A stretch of 64,000 nucleotides of DNA from an uncultured Clostridia bacterium (GCA_937966555.1 CALCLY010000022.1:212729-276728), one strand, 5' to 3'. Shown: positions 48,636 through 57,750, numbered from the stretch's first letter. The notes: generated by a model not told the origin, from the letters alone. A program made the numbers and translations.

Positions 48636-51407
48636 TTATTTAACTTCCGCAGCGTAAGCCGTGTATTCACTCGGCGTCATAAACATTGCTCCCTGTGCCT
48701 TGAGCCAAAGCACAAATTCTTTGAATCTTGCCTCAGCGCCGTCGTAATCCTTCCAGCCGTAGGGATGCGACTGAAGCATAACATATTCGCTTCCGTTTGT
48801 CTTTGCCGTTTCCCAGCTTGCCTTAAGATCTTCAACCGCGCGCGTGCAGCCTGTGCCGCCCTCTTCCATTTTCAGAGATTTGTAAAGCGGCGTGAAGTTA
48901 TGCTTACCCTCAAGATACGAGGGCAGCGAGTTTGCTATGAGCATAACTGTTTTAATTTTTTTAAATTCATTGTCAAGAAGCTGCACTGTTGCCTCGTCCA
49001 TGTCATTTGACGGAGGGTTAAAGGCTTTAATGTCAATCCCGTATCTGTCCGAGGTTTCAAAAACCGCCGTAAACTCCGCTCTCTGCGTTTCCGTGGTTGT
49101 CGTTACGGGGTCTTTTGTATCAAGAAGCGTATCTCCGTTTACAACCGTTCCGTTTTTGAATTTTCCGCTTCTCCAGTCATAGCCGTGAGACCAGACCTCA
49201 ATGCGCGGATTGTCGTTTATCGCTTTTATTCTCGCCTTTTCTCCGGGGGTTGCGTTGTTTTCTCCGAGAGTATATCCCATAAGACCGAAGCTTGCTTTGA
49301 GCTCGTTTTCCACCACCCAGTCTTTTACGCTCTCAAATACCGGCAGTCTTGAGCTGTAGCCGAAATCATCAAGCTTTAAAAGTACAATCGGCAAATCCGT
49401 TGTAGGCTTAAGAATTGCCGCAGCACCGAATGGTGCAAGCGTTACGGAATCCCATCTAAGCGATTTTACAACATATGTTTTGCCGTCATCGGGAACCGTC
49501 AGTGAAAGCTCGGACGTGCTCTCACCATTGTTCGCCGAAATCGTCTCCGTTCTCACCTGAGAAAGTCTTCCGTCGCAATACAGCGCAAGAGTATGCATTA
49601 CATTAAGCGTAACTCCGTTGTGCGCCTCGGCTTTAAATGACGCCGTAACCTCACCGGGTGTCAGAAGTGTCAGTATATTGCCGTCTCTGAGGAAGGAAAC
49701 ATTTCCCAGAAGCGTATCCTGCATATGCGTGTCAAACTCGATGTAATCTGTAAGCGTGAGCCCGTTTTCGTCGGTAATTCCATCAAAGCTTACATGGTAA
49801 TGCTTTCCGCTTTGTTTTTCAAAGTTTACCTTTAAAGTATAATCGTCCACCCTTTCGACGGAGTCTATCGTTCCCTTGCCGAAGTTTAACGCAAGCTTTC
49901 CCTTGAGCGCTTCGGGCGTTTCCGCGGCCGCAAGCTTATTGTTGAATTTAATTATTACATCGTCGTCTTTTTTTACGTTTATTTCGGGGCCGGTTGTAGA
50001 TTCGGCGTAATTTACCTTAAACGACTCCGCGTTTTCACGCGCGGGCTCAATAATTTTCAAATTGTCTATCCAGTAATGGCAGCGTTCCAAAGCCTTGGGG
50101 TTATTGGTCATTCTGAACATAAGGCGTCTTACGTTTGAGACAATCGTTTTATCGTGTGTATACGTATCGTGCGCTATAAGACTTCCGGTGTCATCCCAAA
50201 CCCAGTATTCCTCGGTTTTTGTCTCGGAAACATAGATTATGCGGACGTCATACCACTTATTAATCTCATAGGGATATGACTTTCCTCCAACGTCTATTGT
50301 GCCATTCGTTGAAAACTGCATAGCGGTCAGCTGCGGCGCGCTCGTCACCTCATCGGTCTTTACAAGCGACAGATAAATTACTCTGCTGTTTCCGTTAAGC
50401 TCCGGGACTTTCACAGAAAAGCGCGCGTCCATAGCCGGTATCGGAGTTTTCATATCAGCCCCCAATGTCGGATATGTCTGTTTTTCCGCCATTATCTTTG
50501 CACTTGTGCCCTTGCCTGCCGTGTTATCGGATACGACGCCGTCCGTCCCTTGCTGCTGATAATTGAGTGAATAGTTGAAAATCGTATTTCCGGGATTTCT
50601 CGGCAGGGTTGACGGCTCGTCTGAAACATAATCTTCAAAATCATCGGCTATTCCGCGCTTTGGACTGTAGCTGAACGAGGTCTCCGCCTTTACATTGTCC
50701 CAATAGCAATAAGAATCCTCTGTAAGATTCTTACAGTTTATACTGTTAAAAAACTCAATTTTGTTTATATACTCAAACTGTACCGAGTTTTTGGCCTCTC
50801 CGGTTTGGTTAAGCACAAGCTCGCCGTCACAGGTAATTATAACTCTGTATATTTTTTCGTTCATGTTGTACCACATTTTGACGTCGTACCACTTGTTTAA
50901 TTCGTATCTTTTGCCGCCCGTGTCGTTGCCGAACAGCTCGATTGTATTGCTCTTTGTAAAATACAGCGAGGATATCGGGGTGGAGCCCTTGTCACCGTAA
51001 AGCCTTAAAACACGCGGTATTGCGTTTTCCGCATAAAAAGAGCCTTCAAAATAAAACGTGTCATAAAGCTTTTCGTTAAACCAATATGTTACGCCGCCGT
51101 ATACGCCGCTGTCGTCAACATGACCCTGGTAAATTTTAAGAGCCTTGCCGTATTTGCTGCCCGCAGGACCCGCGGCGTAAGCGCCGTTGCCGGCGTTCTG
51201 CGCTTCTCTCTGGGTCATGTAGCCGTTGGGCGTTTCGTGAATATGCTGTCCCCAGCCGTTATAGGTGTCGGGGTCGTCTTTGTTGTAAGTTGTCGTAAAC
51301 GTCTCAAAATCCGTCCCGTCGGAAAAGTCCTGATGTGCAGCCGCCGGCAGAGCCGAAAGGCTCAAAAGCATACACACCGCCAGGAAAATGCCGGTTAGTT
51401 TTTTCAT
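48636..51407 (-). CDS. Secreted multidomain protein: two LamG/ConA-like domains, an Ig-like middle region and a C-terminal domain resembling a polysaccharide deacetylase/esterase (NodB-like, low confidence).
   Basis: Probable start ATG 51407 (MKKLTGIFLAVCMLLSLSALPAAA, AAGGAG RBS); the track begins at GTG 51416. Motifs KWYDVKMWYN...IITCDGE and KWYDVRIIYV...WVWDDTGS. The C-terminus has LKLDDFG...WSHGYDW...SHPYGW. Confidence 0.6.
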   Translation of the reverse strand: MKKLTGIFLAVCMLLSLSALPAAAHQDFSDGTDFETFTTTYNKDDPDTYNGWGQHIHETPNGYMTQREAQNAGNGAYAAGPAGSKYGKALKIYQGHVDDSGVYGGVTYWFNEKLYDTFYFEGSFYAENAIPRVLRLYGDKGSTPISSLYFTKSNTIELFGNDTGGKRYELNKWYDVKMWYNMNEKIYRVIITCDGELVLNQTGEAKNSVQFEYINKIEFFNSINCKNLTEDSYCYWDNVKAETSFSYSPKRGIADDFEDYVSDEPSTLPRNPGNTIFNYSLNYQQQGTDGVVSDNTAGKGTSAKIMAEKQTYPTLGADMKTPIPAMDARFSVKVPELNGNSRVIYLSLVKTDEVTSAPQLTAMQFSTNGTIDVGGKSYPYEINKWYDVRIIYVSETKTEEYWVWDDTGSLIAHDTYTHDKTIVSNVRRLMFRMTNNPKALERCHYWIDNLKIIEPARENAESFKVNYAESTTGPEINVKKDDDVIIKFNNKLAAAETPEALKGKLALNFGKGTIDSVERVDDYTLKVNFEKQSGKHYHVSFDGITDENGLTLTDYIEFDTHMQDTLLGNVSFLRDGNILTLLTPGEVTASFKAEAHNGVTLNVMHTLALYCDGRLSQVRTETISANNGESTSELSLTVPDDGKTYVVKSLRWDSVTLAPFGAAAILKPTTDLPIVLLKLDDFGYSSRLPVFESVKDWVVENELKASFGLMGYTLGENNATPGEKARIKAINDNPRIEVWSHGYDWRSGKFKNGTVVNGDTLLDTKDPVTTTTETQRAEFTAVFETSDRYGIDIKAFNPPSNDMDEATVQLLDNEFKKIKTVMLIANSLPSYLEGKHNFTPLYKSLKMEEGGTGCTRAVEDLKASWETAKTNGSEYVMLQSHPYGWKDYDGAEARFKEFVLWLKAQGAMFMTPSEYTAYAAEVK

Positions 51408-51412
51408 CAAAG

Positions 51413-53824
51413 TCACTCCTTATACTCTAAAAATTTTTTTAATTTCGGTTCATTGCCTTCTTTTGTCCAAATCATTACAACAAGCTTATATCTTTGCGCG
51501 TCACCGGGAACCTCAACCACGCCTTCCTCCGTTCCGGCAACGCTTAAATCAAGTGTTTTTGTTTTTACGCTCACTATTCTTTCGGTTTCCCTGTCTATAA
51601 GCGCCGTGTAAATTACTCCTTCTGTATTTCTCTCCTTTTTGCGGTACCGCAGGGCATATACCGATGAAGCTCCGTTTTTTGTTACGGTCACCTCGACCGT
51701 ACCCGGAAACACTTCGGGCTTTGTGATTTTTATGCTTCCTTCGCCCGACGCGCTCACGCTGTGATATGAATCGGCTTCGATTTCATAAATATGCCTGTCC
51801 GGCGAAAAACCATCAAGCGCCAAGCCGTTTAATTTGATTTGCGAAAGCTTCGGTTTTTCGGTGAAATCCGCGTTTTGTGAAACGCTCCACTCCGACAGAG
51901 GAACATAAACGGGCGCCGCCAACTCATGTAGGTATCTTTCCGGTGTAAACGCAACACATATTTCCGTGTCCTTTACGTTTTCGAGATGCATTGCAAGCTT
52001 TCTGTAGCCGGTATTGGGGTTCTGCCCTTCGCAGACGGGCGATGAAGGCAGCGGTGCGGCGTCCATGACTTCAAACGTGCCGCCGCGCACAATTTCGGCT
52101 TTCAGCCTGTTGTCTCCCATACTCAGAAGCGCGCTTTTCCCGTCCTCCGATATCAGCGCCTGCGCCTCGGTGTGCATAAACCAATAAATTTCATTTTCCT
52201 CCGTGCTTTTTATTTCATCTGTGACCACCACTCTCCTTCTGCCGTCCGTAAGCATTATTCCGCGCTTTGCACTTTGTACGTAATCCTCATACGCACAGGT
52301 TGTATCGGTTATCGCAAACGCCTCGGAATATCCCGATTCGAACCTGTCTATATACGCATGAGCGTTCTCTGCCTGATCATACATTCTGCCGTCGGGATTA
52401 AATACCAGAACGTTGTGTCCCTCCGCTCTGTTTCTGTATTTGTTGAAAAACTTTCCCGGAAGGTTATAGTTTTCGTACCCGAGATCGGCGGCAAACCTGT
52501 CTCCCATAGAGTCTATGACAAATTCGCCTATGTCAAGATGGCCGTGAGCCGCCTTGTTGTTTCCCGCATGAAGTCCGCAAAAAAGCATTTCGTCCGTATT
52601 CCATGAGCTTCTCATTGTGACGGCGTCGGCGTTGTCATACTTTGCGTCCCGCCGCATAAACGCCTCGCCGCCGTTCGGATTTCCTTTGAAATAGAACAGC
52701 TCGCGGTAATTGGGCTCAATATTTTCTTTTTCCATCATATTATATCTGAAGCTTTTCAGATACGGCTGCGAAAACCTTTCCGCAAACCAGAAAAACTCTT
52801 TTGTATCTATTTTTTTCAGGGGCGATTGTCCCGCGTCGGAAAAATTGAACGTGTAAACCCCCGTCATTTCAACCGGATACAGCCCTGCCTTTGAGAAGCC
52901 CTCTATATCGGAAAGACCGTAATCCGTCCCCGCTGCCGTATTAAGGCTTTCAATACACTCAACAGCGGTTTCTGTGGCAAGCTGCCAATAGGCAACACCC
53001 TCATACCACGCCCCGTCGGGTCCGTATTCCTTAACGCCGCGCGCAAAGCTTCTTATTCCTTCGCAAAGCACCCTGTTTGTGTATCCGCTCTCGTCCTCAT
53101 CACATATGGCAAGCGATGCCATAATCGCTCCGCTGCCGCATTCAAGAGTCCAGTTGTCCGCTTTTCCGAACGCCCACGTATAAACGCGCGATTTACCGTC
53201 GTTTCCGACAGCCACGCCGTCATATACATCGCACGTCGGCTTTAAGCCCTTATCGCAGAGCGCCTCGCGCATACTCCTTCTCTGCACGGGAGTAAGATAA
53301 TCGTAAAGCCAGTCATAGCCCAAAGCCATGCCGTTCATAAACTGCCCCGTGTCAAGAAAATGATAAGGATTCCAGCTGCTCCACGATAAAAGCGCTTCAA
53401 TCTCTCTCCATGCTCTGTCGGCAAATGAGGTTTCTCCCGTTATTTTATAAATAAGTGCGTTTTGCGAAACGATTTTTGCAAACTGCCCCGACTGCACTCT
53501 CATTCTTATGCCGTCTGTCGTTCCGTACACAATAGGCTCTCTTTTTGAATATCGTATCGTATCCGCTTTTATTTCTCTGAACCAGTTTCCCTTAATGCCG
53601 CCCGCATCTATTTCGTCACGCAATGCCTCAAAGCCATCCGCGTCTGCAAAAAGCCTCGGATGACCGTTAGCCGGGTGAAGCCGCTTCACATCCGATACAA
53701 CCTGACCGCAGGCAAGCGAATCATATTGCCCCGTATCGGAGGCGCGCGCTGCCGTGCTTATCATAAGCGCAAGCGGCAATATTAAGCTTAAAATTTTTCT
53801 CCGCAACGCGGACACCTCCGTCAC
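51413..53824 (-). CDS. Secreted heparinase II/III-like polysaccharide lyase (N-terminal alginate-lyase-like alpha/alpha toroid plus Hepar_II_III beta-sandwich).
   Basis: HGHLDIGEFVIDSMGDRFAADLGYENYNLPGKFFNKYRNRAEGHNVL is the heparinase II/III signature. WYEGVAYWQLATE sits in the toroid domain. GTG start overlaps the upstream stop (GTGA). Signal-like N-terminus RRKILSLILPLALMISTAARA. Confidence 0.75.
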   Translation of the reverse strand: MTEVSALRRKILSLILPLALMISTAARASDTGQYDSLACGQVVSDVKRLHPANGHPRLFADADGFEALRDEIDAGGIKGNWFREIKADTIRYSKREPIVYGTTDGIRMRVQSGQFAKIVSQNALIYKITGETSFADRAWREIEALLSWSSWNPYHFLDTGQFMNGMALGYDWLYDYLTPVQRRSMREALCDKGLKPTCDVYDGVAVGNDGKSRVYTWAFGKADNWTLECGSGAIMASLAICDEDESGYTNRVLCEGIRSFARGVKEYGPDGAWYEGVAYWQLATETAVECIESLNTAAGTDYGLSDIEGFSKAGLYPVEMTGVYTFNFSDAGQSPLKKIDTKEFFWFAERFSQPYLKSFRYNMMEKENIEPNYRELFYFKGNPNGGEAFMRRDAKYDNADAVTMRSSWNTDEMLFCGLHAGNNKAAHGHLDIGEFVIDSMGDRFAADLGYENYNLPGKFFNKYRNRAEGHNVLVFNPDGRMYDQAENAHAYIDRFESGYSEAFAITDTTCAYEDYVQSAKRGIMLTDGRRRVVVTDEIKSTEENEIYWFMHTEAQALISEDGKSALLSMGDNRLKAEIVRGGTFEVMDAAPLPSSPVCEGQNPNTGYRKLAMHLENVKDTEICVAFTPERYLHELAAPVYVPLSEWSVSQNADFTEKPKLSQIKLNGLALDGFSPDRHIYEIEADSYHSVSASGEGSIKITKPEVFPGTVEVTVTKNGASSVYALRYRKKERNTEGVIYTALIDRETERIVSVKTKTLDLSVAGTEEGVVEVPGDAQRYKLVVMIWTKEGNEPKLKKFLEYKE

Positions 53825-56800
53825 TCTGACGTGTAAGCCTTAAACTCGGTCAGGCTGAACCACCCTGTCTTTTGAATCGTGTCGCTTCCGTTGAGCTGAA
53901 GCCCCGTGCCCGTAATGCGCACGTATCTTGTCTTTGCTCCGCCGATATAGAAGTTTTCAAGCTCTGCGGATTCGCCGCCGCTTACTCCTTCAAATACCTT
54001 TGTCCAGCTGCTGCCGTCATTTGACGTTTCAACGCAGAAATGACATTTTCTCACCGCACCGCCGTAAAAAGCAAGGCTTACGTACTGCAGATCTTTTTCC
54101 TCGCCGAAATCAAATGTAATATCGGCAGGCATCTCACATGAATAGCGTGTATCAAAGTCATTGTCAAGTGTATTGGAAGGAATATTTGCAGCCTGAGGAA
54201 CTCTCGATGCACTTACTTCTTTAACGTCAATTTCTACAAAGCCTTTATCGGCAAGCGATTCGGGAGGTACATTGAATTTTATGCCGTAAACGTTTGTGTA
54301 GTATTCGTTTTTAACCTTTATTTCTATAACACCGGGCCACTGTTCGGGATAATTTACCGTAACCTCGCCGCTTCCTTCAGCTTCAACTTTCGGCATAGGT
54401 GAATCAGCTTTCTTTAATGCGTATGAATAGAAACTCTTATTTTCATCAAAACCTTTAAGCTCATCACCGTCAATTTTTATGTTGTAAAGCTTGGGAAGCT
54501 CTCCGATTTTTACCTTCGAAGGATCGTCAAGCGTCCATTCCGCCAGAGGCTTGACCTCGGGATATTTTATTCCGCCCTCCATTTCATATACAAGAGGTGT
54601 AAAGCATACGCAAATATCCAGATCCTTAGTGCTTTCAAAATGAATTGCAAGTTTTCTGTAGTCTTTATTCTCATTCTGACCCACAACCTGCGGAGAAGTC
54701 TCGAGCGGCACTGCCGGCATAACCGTGAATCTGCCTTCTTTTGAAAGAAGCTTTGCTTCCATTTTATTTCCGTTTATGTTAAGTATCGCCGTTTTACCGT
54801 CTTCGGACAAGGTAACGTCTGCCTTGGTATTCATAAACCAATAGATCTCGTTTTCATTATCGCTTCTTACTTCGTCCTGAACTATTACGGACGTTCTGCC
54901 GTTTGTCATTTTAATTCCGCGTTTTGCACTGTTTACATAATCTTTGTATGCGCACGTCATATCGGTTATCGCAAAAGCGCTGACATCATTGCTCTCAAAT
55001 CTTTCAAAAGTTGCATAAGCATCAAAATTCTGATCATAAAGCCTGTCATCGGGATTCATAAGCAGCGTATTATGCCCTTCCGCCCTGTTCCTGTATTTAT
55101 TGAAGAAAGTGCCCGGAAGGTTATAATCTTCATACCCCAAATCGGCAGCAAATCTGTCTCCGAACGAATCTATAACAAACTGACCTATATCAAGATGTCC
55201 GTGATTTGCGGCATTGTCTCCGGCGTGCATTGCGGCAAAAAGCATGCTGTCGGTATTCCAGTTATTTCTCATTGAAACGGTTTCGGCAATTCTGTAATAA
55301 AAATCGCGTTTCATATCCGTTTCTCCGGCAACAGGTTCGCCCTTGCAATAGAAAAATTCTCTGAAATCGGGTTCTATGTTATCTCTTACCATGCGTTCAT
55401 AACGCAGGTTGGCAAGAGCTCTGTCTCCGAGCTTATCGGAAAAATAGAAAAGTTCTTTTGTATCAAGCTGAGCGCTTGTAAGCTCGCCGGCATCGGAGAA
55501 GTTAAATGTATATACGCCCATCATGGCATAAGGATAGTATCCTGTTTCGGCAACGCCGGGAGAGTTTAAGAATCCATAAGTTTTACCCGTTGATGCTTCA
55601 AGTGACGTAAGCGCCTCAACCAAGGTCTCTGTTGAAAGCTGCCAATATGAAACGCCTTCATACCACGGTCCGTCAGGCGCATAGGCAAGTGCACCCATTT
55701 CCATACTCTTCATGGCATTTGTCATAACGTCAAGCGATACATCCCGTTCCTCATCGCAAATTGCAAGAGAAGCCATCATAGCGCCGCTGCCGCACTCAAG
55801 CGTCCAGTTGTCGGGCGTTTTCCATGCCCACTCATAATCCTTAACGCCTACGCCTCTGTATATGTCAAGTATCGGTGTAAGACCGTTTTCAACAACCTCC
55901 TCACGCAGCTTTTCTCTCTGCTCGGCGGTCAGCCAGTCGTAAAGCCAGTCATAGCCTATCGCAAAGCCGTTCATCATTTGACCTGTATCAAGAAAATGTG
56001 TCGGGTTCCAATCCTTCCAGTCAAACGTAGCTTCCATTTCTGTCCAGGCGCGTTCGGCATAACGTGTTTCACCCGTAAGCTTATACATAAAGCTGCAAAG
56101 CCCGACTATGGTGGCAATCTGAGCGCCCTGCTGTCTCATTCTGATTCCATCCGTAACGCCGTATTTTACCGGGGTTTTCTTCATCTGCGCTTCGGTTTCC
56201 GCTTTAATCTTGTCATACCACTGCTTTTTGACGCCGCCTGCGGCAATTTCGTTCTTTATCCTTATAAAATCGTCCTCAGTGCCGTAAATTCTCGGATGGC
56301 CGTTACCGGGATGCTTTGCCTCAACGGCCGCAAGAATCTGCTCGCCCGTGGGTCTGTCAAAATTCATCAAACCTATTATTGATTTTAAAAGAGCCTCATC
56401 TTCTCCCCACGTGTAATTTACTTCCGTGTTTGAAAAAATTATAAGTCCCGTGCTGTCAGTAAACAGTTTTTTCTCAAAAGCCTTCGCTGCAAACGATGCC
56501 GGAACAAAAAGTCTGCCTCCTCGTATTTGCGGTGCATGTGAAATTTCTTCGGTTTTTCCGTTACACACAACACTTTTGTCTCCCGCGGACAATATGTACT
56601 CGCTTCCCGAGGCAATAAGGCTTGTTTTTGAGGTTTCCGAATTCCATGAAACGGTTCCTCCAAAGTTGTCTGATGTAAATCTCAGCGGTACAAAAAATTC
56701 ACCGTCTTTTTCAAAAGGGGAAACACTTTTATCGGAAGCGTCAATTTCTCCGACTTTTCCTTTTACTATAGCTCTCGGTGCTCCGGCAAAAAAACCGACT

Positions 56801-57564
56801 TTTGAGCCCATTACCATACTGACAATCTCATCACTTACCGAGTTTCCCGAAACGGATATATTCCAGTCGGTTTCGTTCATCTGCACGGGAGACAGCGGCT
56901 CGCTCCCCTCATAAACTTTCATATCGCTTATGTAAAATTCGGTTTTGCAGTTTTTCTGTATTCCCGTTACATGTATGCGAAACTGAGTCATGTCCGTAAG
57001 CATATTCTCCAACGAGATATCCGCGGCTCTCAGTTTGTAATTTACAAAAATCGAATATGTCTTCTTATCAAAATCCATAGCTATTGAAATTGTTGAAAAC
57101 TTTCCCTCCGGAAGCTGATAACCTATAGACGCAGTGTTTATATCAAGAATATTACCTTCAGTATCTATCCTGATAAGACCTTGTGATGTTCCGGCAGAAT
57201 CATACACATAGAAAATTTTGCTTGATCCTGCATTGAAATCCGGTCTTACGGTAGCTTGCCAGACAACTTTTCCGCTCATAGCATTGTCAAACTTTTTGTG
57301 CATTAAACAGTCGTTTGAAGTTTTAATCTGAAACAATACACTCTTGTCAGAAGCCCTCGGCACCTCAACAACACCCATAAAATTACCCTTGTCGTTATAA
57401 CTTGTTATGCTTGACGAGCCGGGCATGAATCCGTTGTCCACCGCATCAAATGTCTCGCCGTAATACCACTTGGGCTGTGATGCGGCAACAATGTTTTTAG
57501 GAAACACCGACAATGCCAGCGAGGCCGCCAATGCAACTGTGAAAAATCTTTTTATAAGTTTCAT
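53821..57564 (-). CDS. Large secreted heparinase II/III-like polysaccharide lyase carrying an N-terminal LamG-like domain, a copper-amine-oxidase-like stalk domain and a C-terminal F5/8 type C (discoidin) domain.
   Basis: Signal peptide MKLIKRFFTVALAASLALSVF. The lyase core is paralogous to 51413..53824 (HGHLDIGQFVIDSFGDRFAADLGYEDYNLPGTFFNKYRNRAEGHNTL). Stalk repeat FVPLRFTSDNFGGTVSWN. The C-terminal discoidin-like block reads DTRYSCE...YVRITGTG. Confidence 0.8.
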   Translation of the reverse strand: MKLIKRFFTVALAASLALSVFPKNIVAASQPKWYYGETFDAVDNGFMPGSSSITSYNDKGNFMGVVEVPRASDKSVLFQIKTSNDCLMHKKFDNAMSGKVVWQATVRPDFNAGSSKIFYVYDSAGTSQGLIRIDTEGNILDINTASIGYQLPEGKFSTISIAMDFDKKTYSIFVNYKLRAADISLENMLTDMTQFRIHVTGIQKNCKTEFYISDMKVYEGSEPLSPVQMNETDWNISVSGNSVSDEIVSMVMGSKVGFFAGAPRAIVKGKVGEIDASDKSVSPFEKDGEFFVPLRFTSDNFGGTVSWNSETSKTSLIASGSEYILSAGDKSVVCNGKTEEISHAPQIRGGRLFVPASFAAKAFEKKLFTDSTGLIIFSNTEVNYTWGEDEALLKSIIGLMNFDRPTGEQILAAVEAKHPGNGHPRIYGTEDDFIRIKNEIAAGGVKKQWYDKIKAETEAQMKKTPVKYGVTDGIRMRQQGAQIATIVGLCSFMYKLTGETRYAERAWTEMEATFDWKDWNPTHFLDTGQMMNGFAIGYDWLYDWLTAEQREKLREEVVENGLTPILDIYRGVGVKDYEWAWKTPDNWTLECGSGAMMASLAICDEERDVSLDVMTNAMKSMEMGALAYAPDGPWYEGVSYWQLSTETLVEALTSLEASTGKTYGFLNSPGVAETGYYPYAMMGVYTFNFSDAGELTSAQLDTKELFYFSDKLGDRALANLRYERMVRDNIEPDFREFFYCKGEPVAGETDMKRDFYYRIAETVSMRNNWNTDSMLFAAMHAGDNAANHGHLDIGQFVIDSFGDRFAADLGYEDYNLPGTFFNKYRNRAEGHNTLLMNPDDRLYDQNFDAYATFERFESNDVSAFAITDMTCAYKDYVNSAKRGIKMTNGRTSVIVQDEVRSDNENEIYWFMNTKADVTLSEDGKTAILNINGNKMEAKLLSKEGRFTVMPAVPLETSPQVVGQNENKDYRKLAIHFESTKDLDICVCFTPLVYEMEGGIKYPEVKPLAEWTLDDPSKVKIGELPKLYNIKIDGDELKGFDENKSFYSYALKKADSPMPKVEAEGSGEVTVNYPEQWPGVIEIKVKNEYYTNVYGIKFNVPPESLADKGFVEIDVKEVSASRVPQAANIPSNTLDNDFDTRYSCEMPADITFDFGEEKDLQYVSLAFYGGAVRKCHFCVETSNDGSSWTKVFEGVSGGESAELENFYIGGAKTRYVRITGTGLQLNGSDTIQKTGWFSLTEFKAYTSE

Positions 57565-57642
57565 ACTCTTTACATATCCTTTCTTTCAGATATTTGACAC
57601 AGTAACTAATTTTTTATCTGTTACATTTATAATCTTGATACA

Positions 57643-57671
57643 ATTTTACAATACTTTTTTTGAAAAATCAA
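57643..57671 (-). promoter_or_regulatory. Candidate sigma-A promoter of the lyase/SLH operon.
   Basis: On the minus strand: TTGATT, 17-nt spacer, TAAAAT, about 75 nt upstream of ATG 57564. Confidence 0.35.
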
Positions 57672-57678
57672 TGAGCTG

Positions 57679-57708
57679 AAGTGACTAAAAAAATTTTTTA
57701 TGTCACTT
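57679..57708. promoter_or_regulatory. 30-bp AT-rich palindrome AAGTGAC-N16-GTCACTT directly upstream of the candidate -35 box; activator-type operator candidate.
   Basis: Perfect 7-bp arms AAGTGAC/GTCACTT flank TAAAAAAATTTTTTAT, which is itself nearly symmetric. Confidence 0.35.
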
Positions 57709-57750
57709 TTGCTCACAAAAATCCATATACCTTATCTAAAATCTTGTTAT

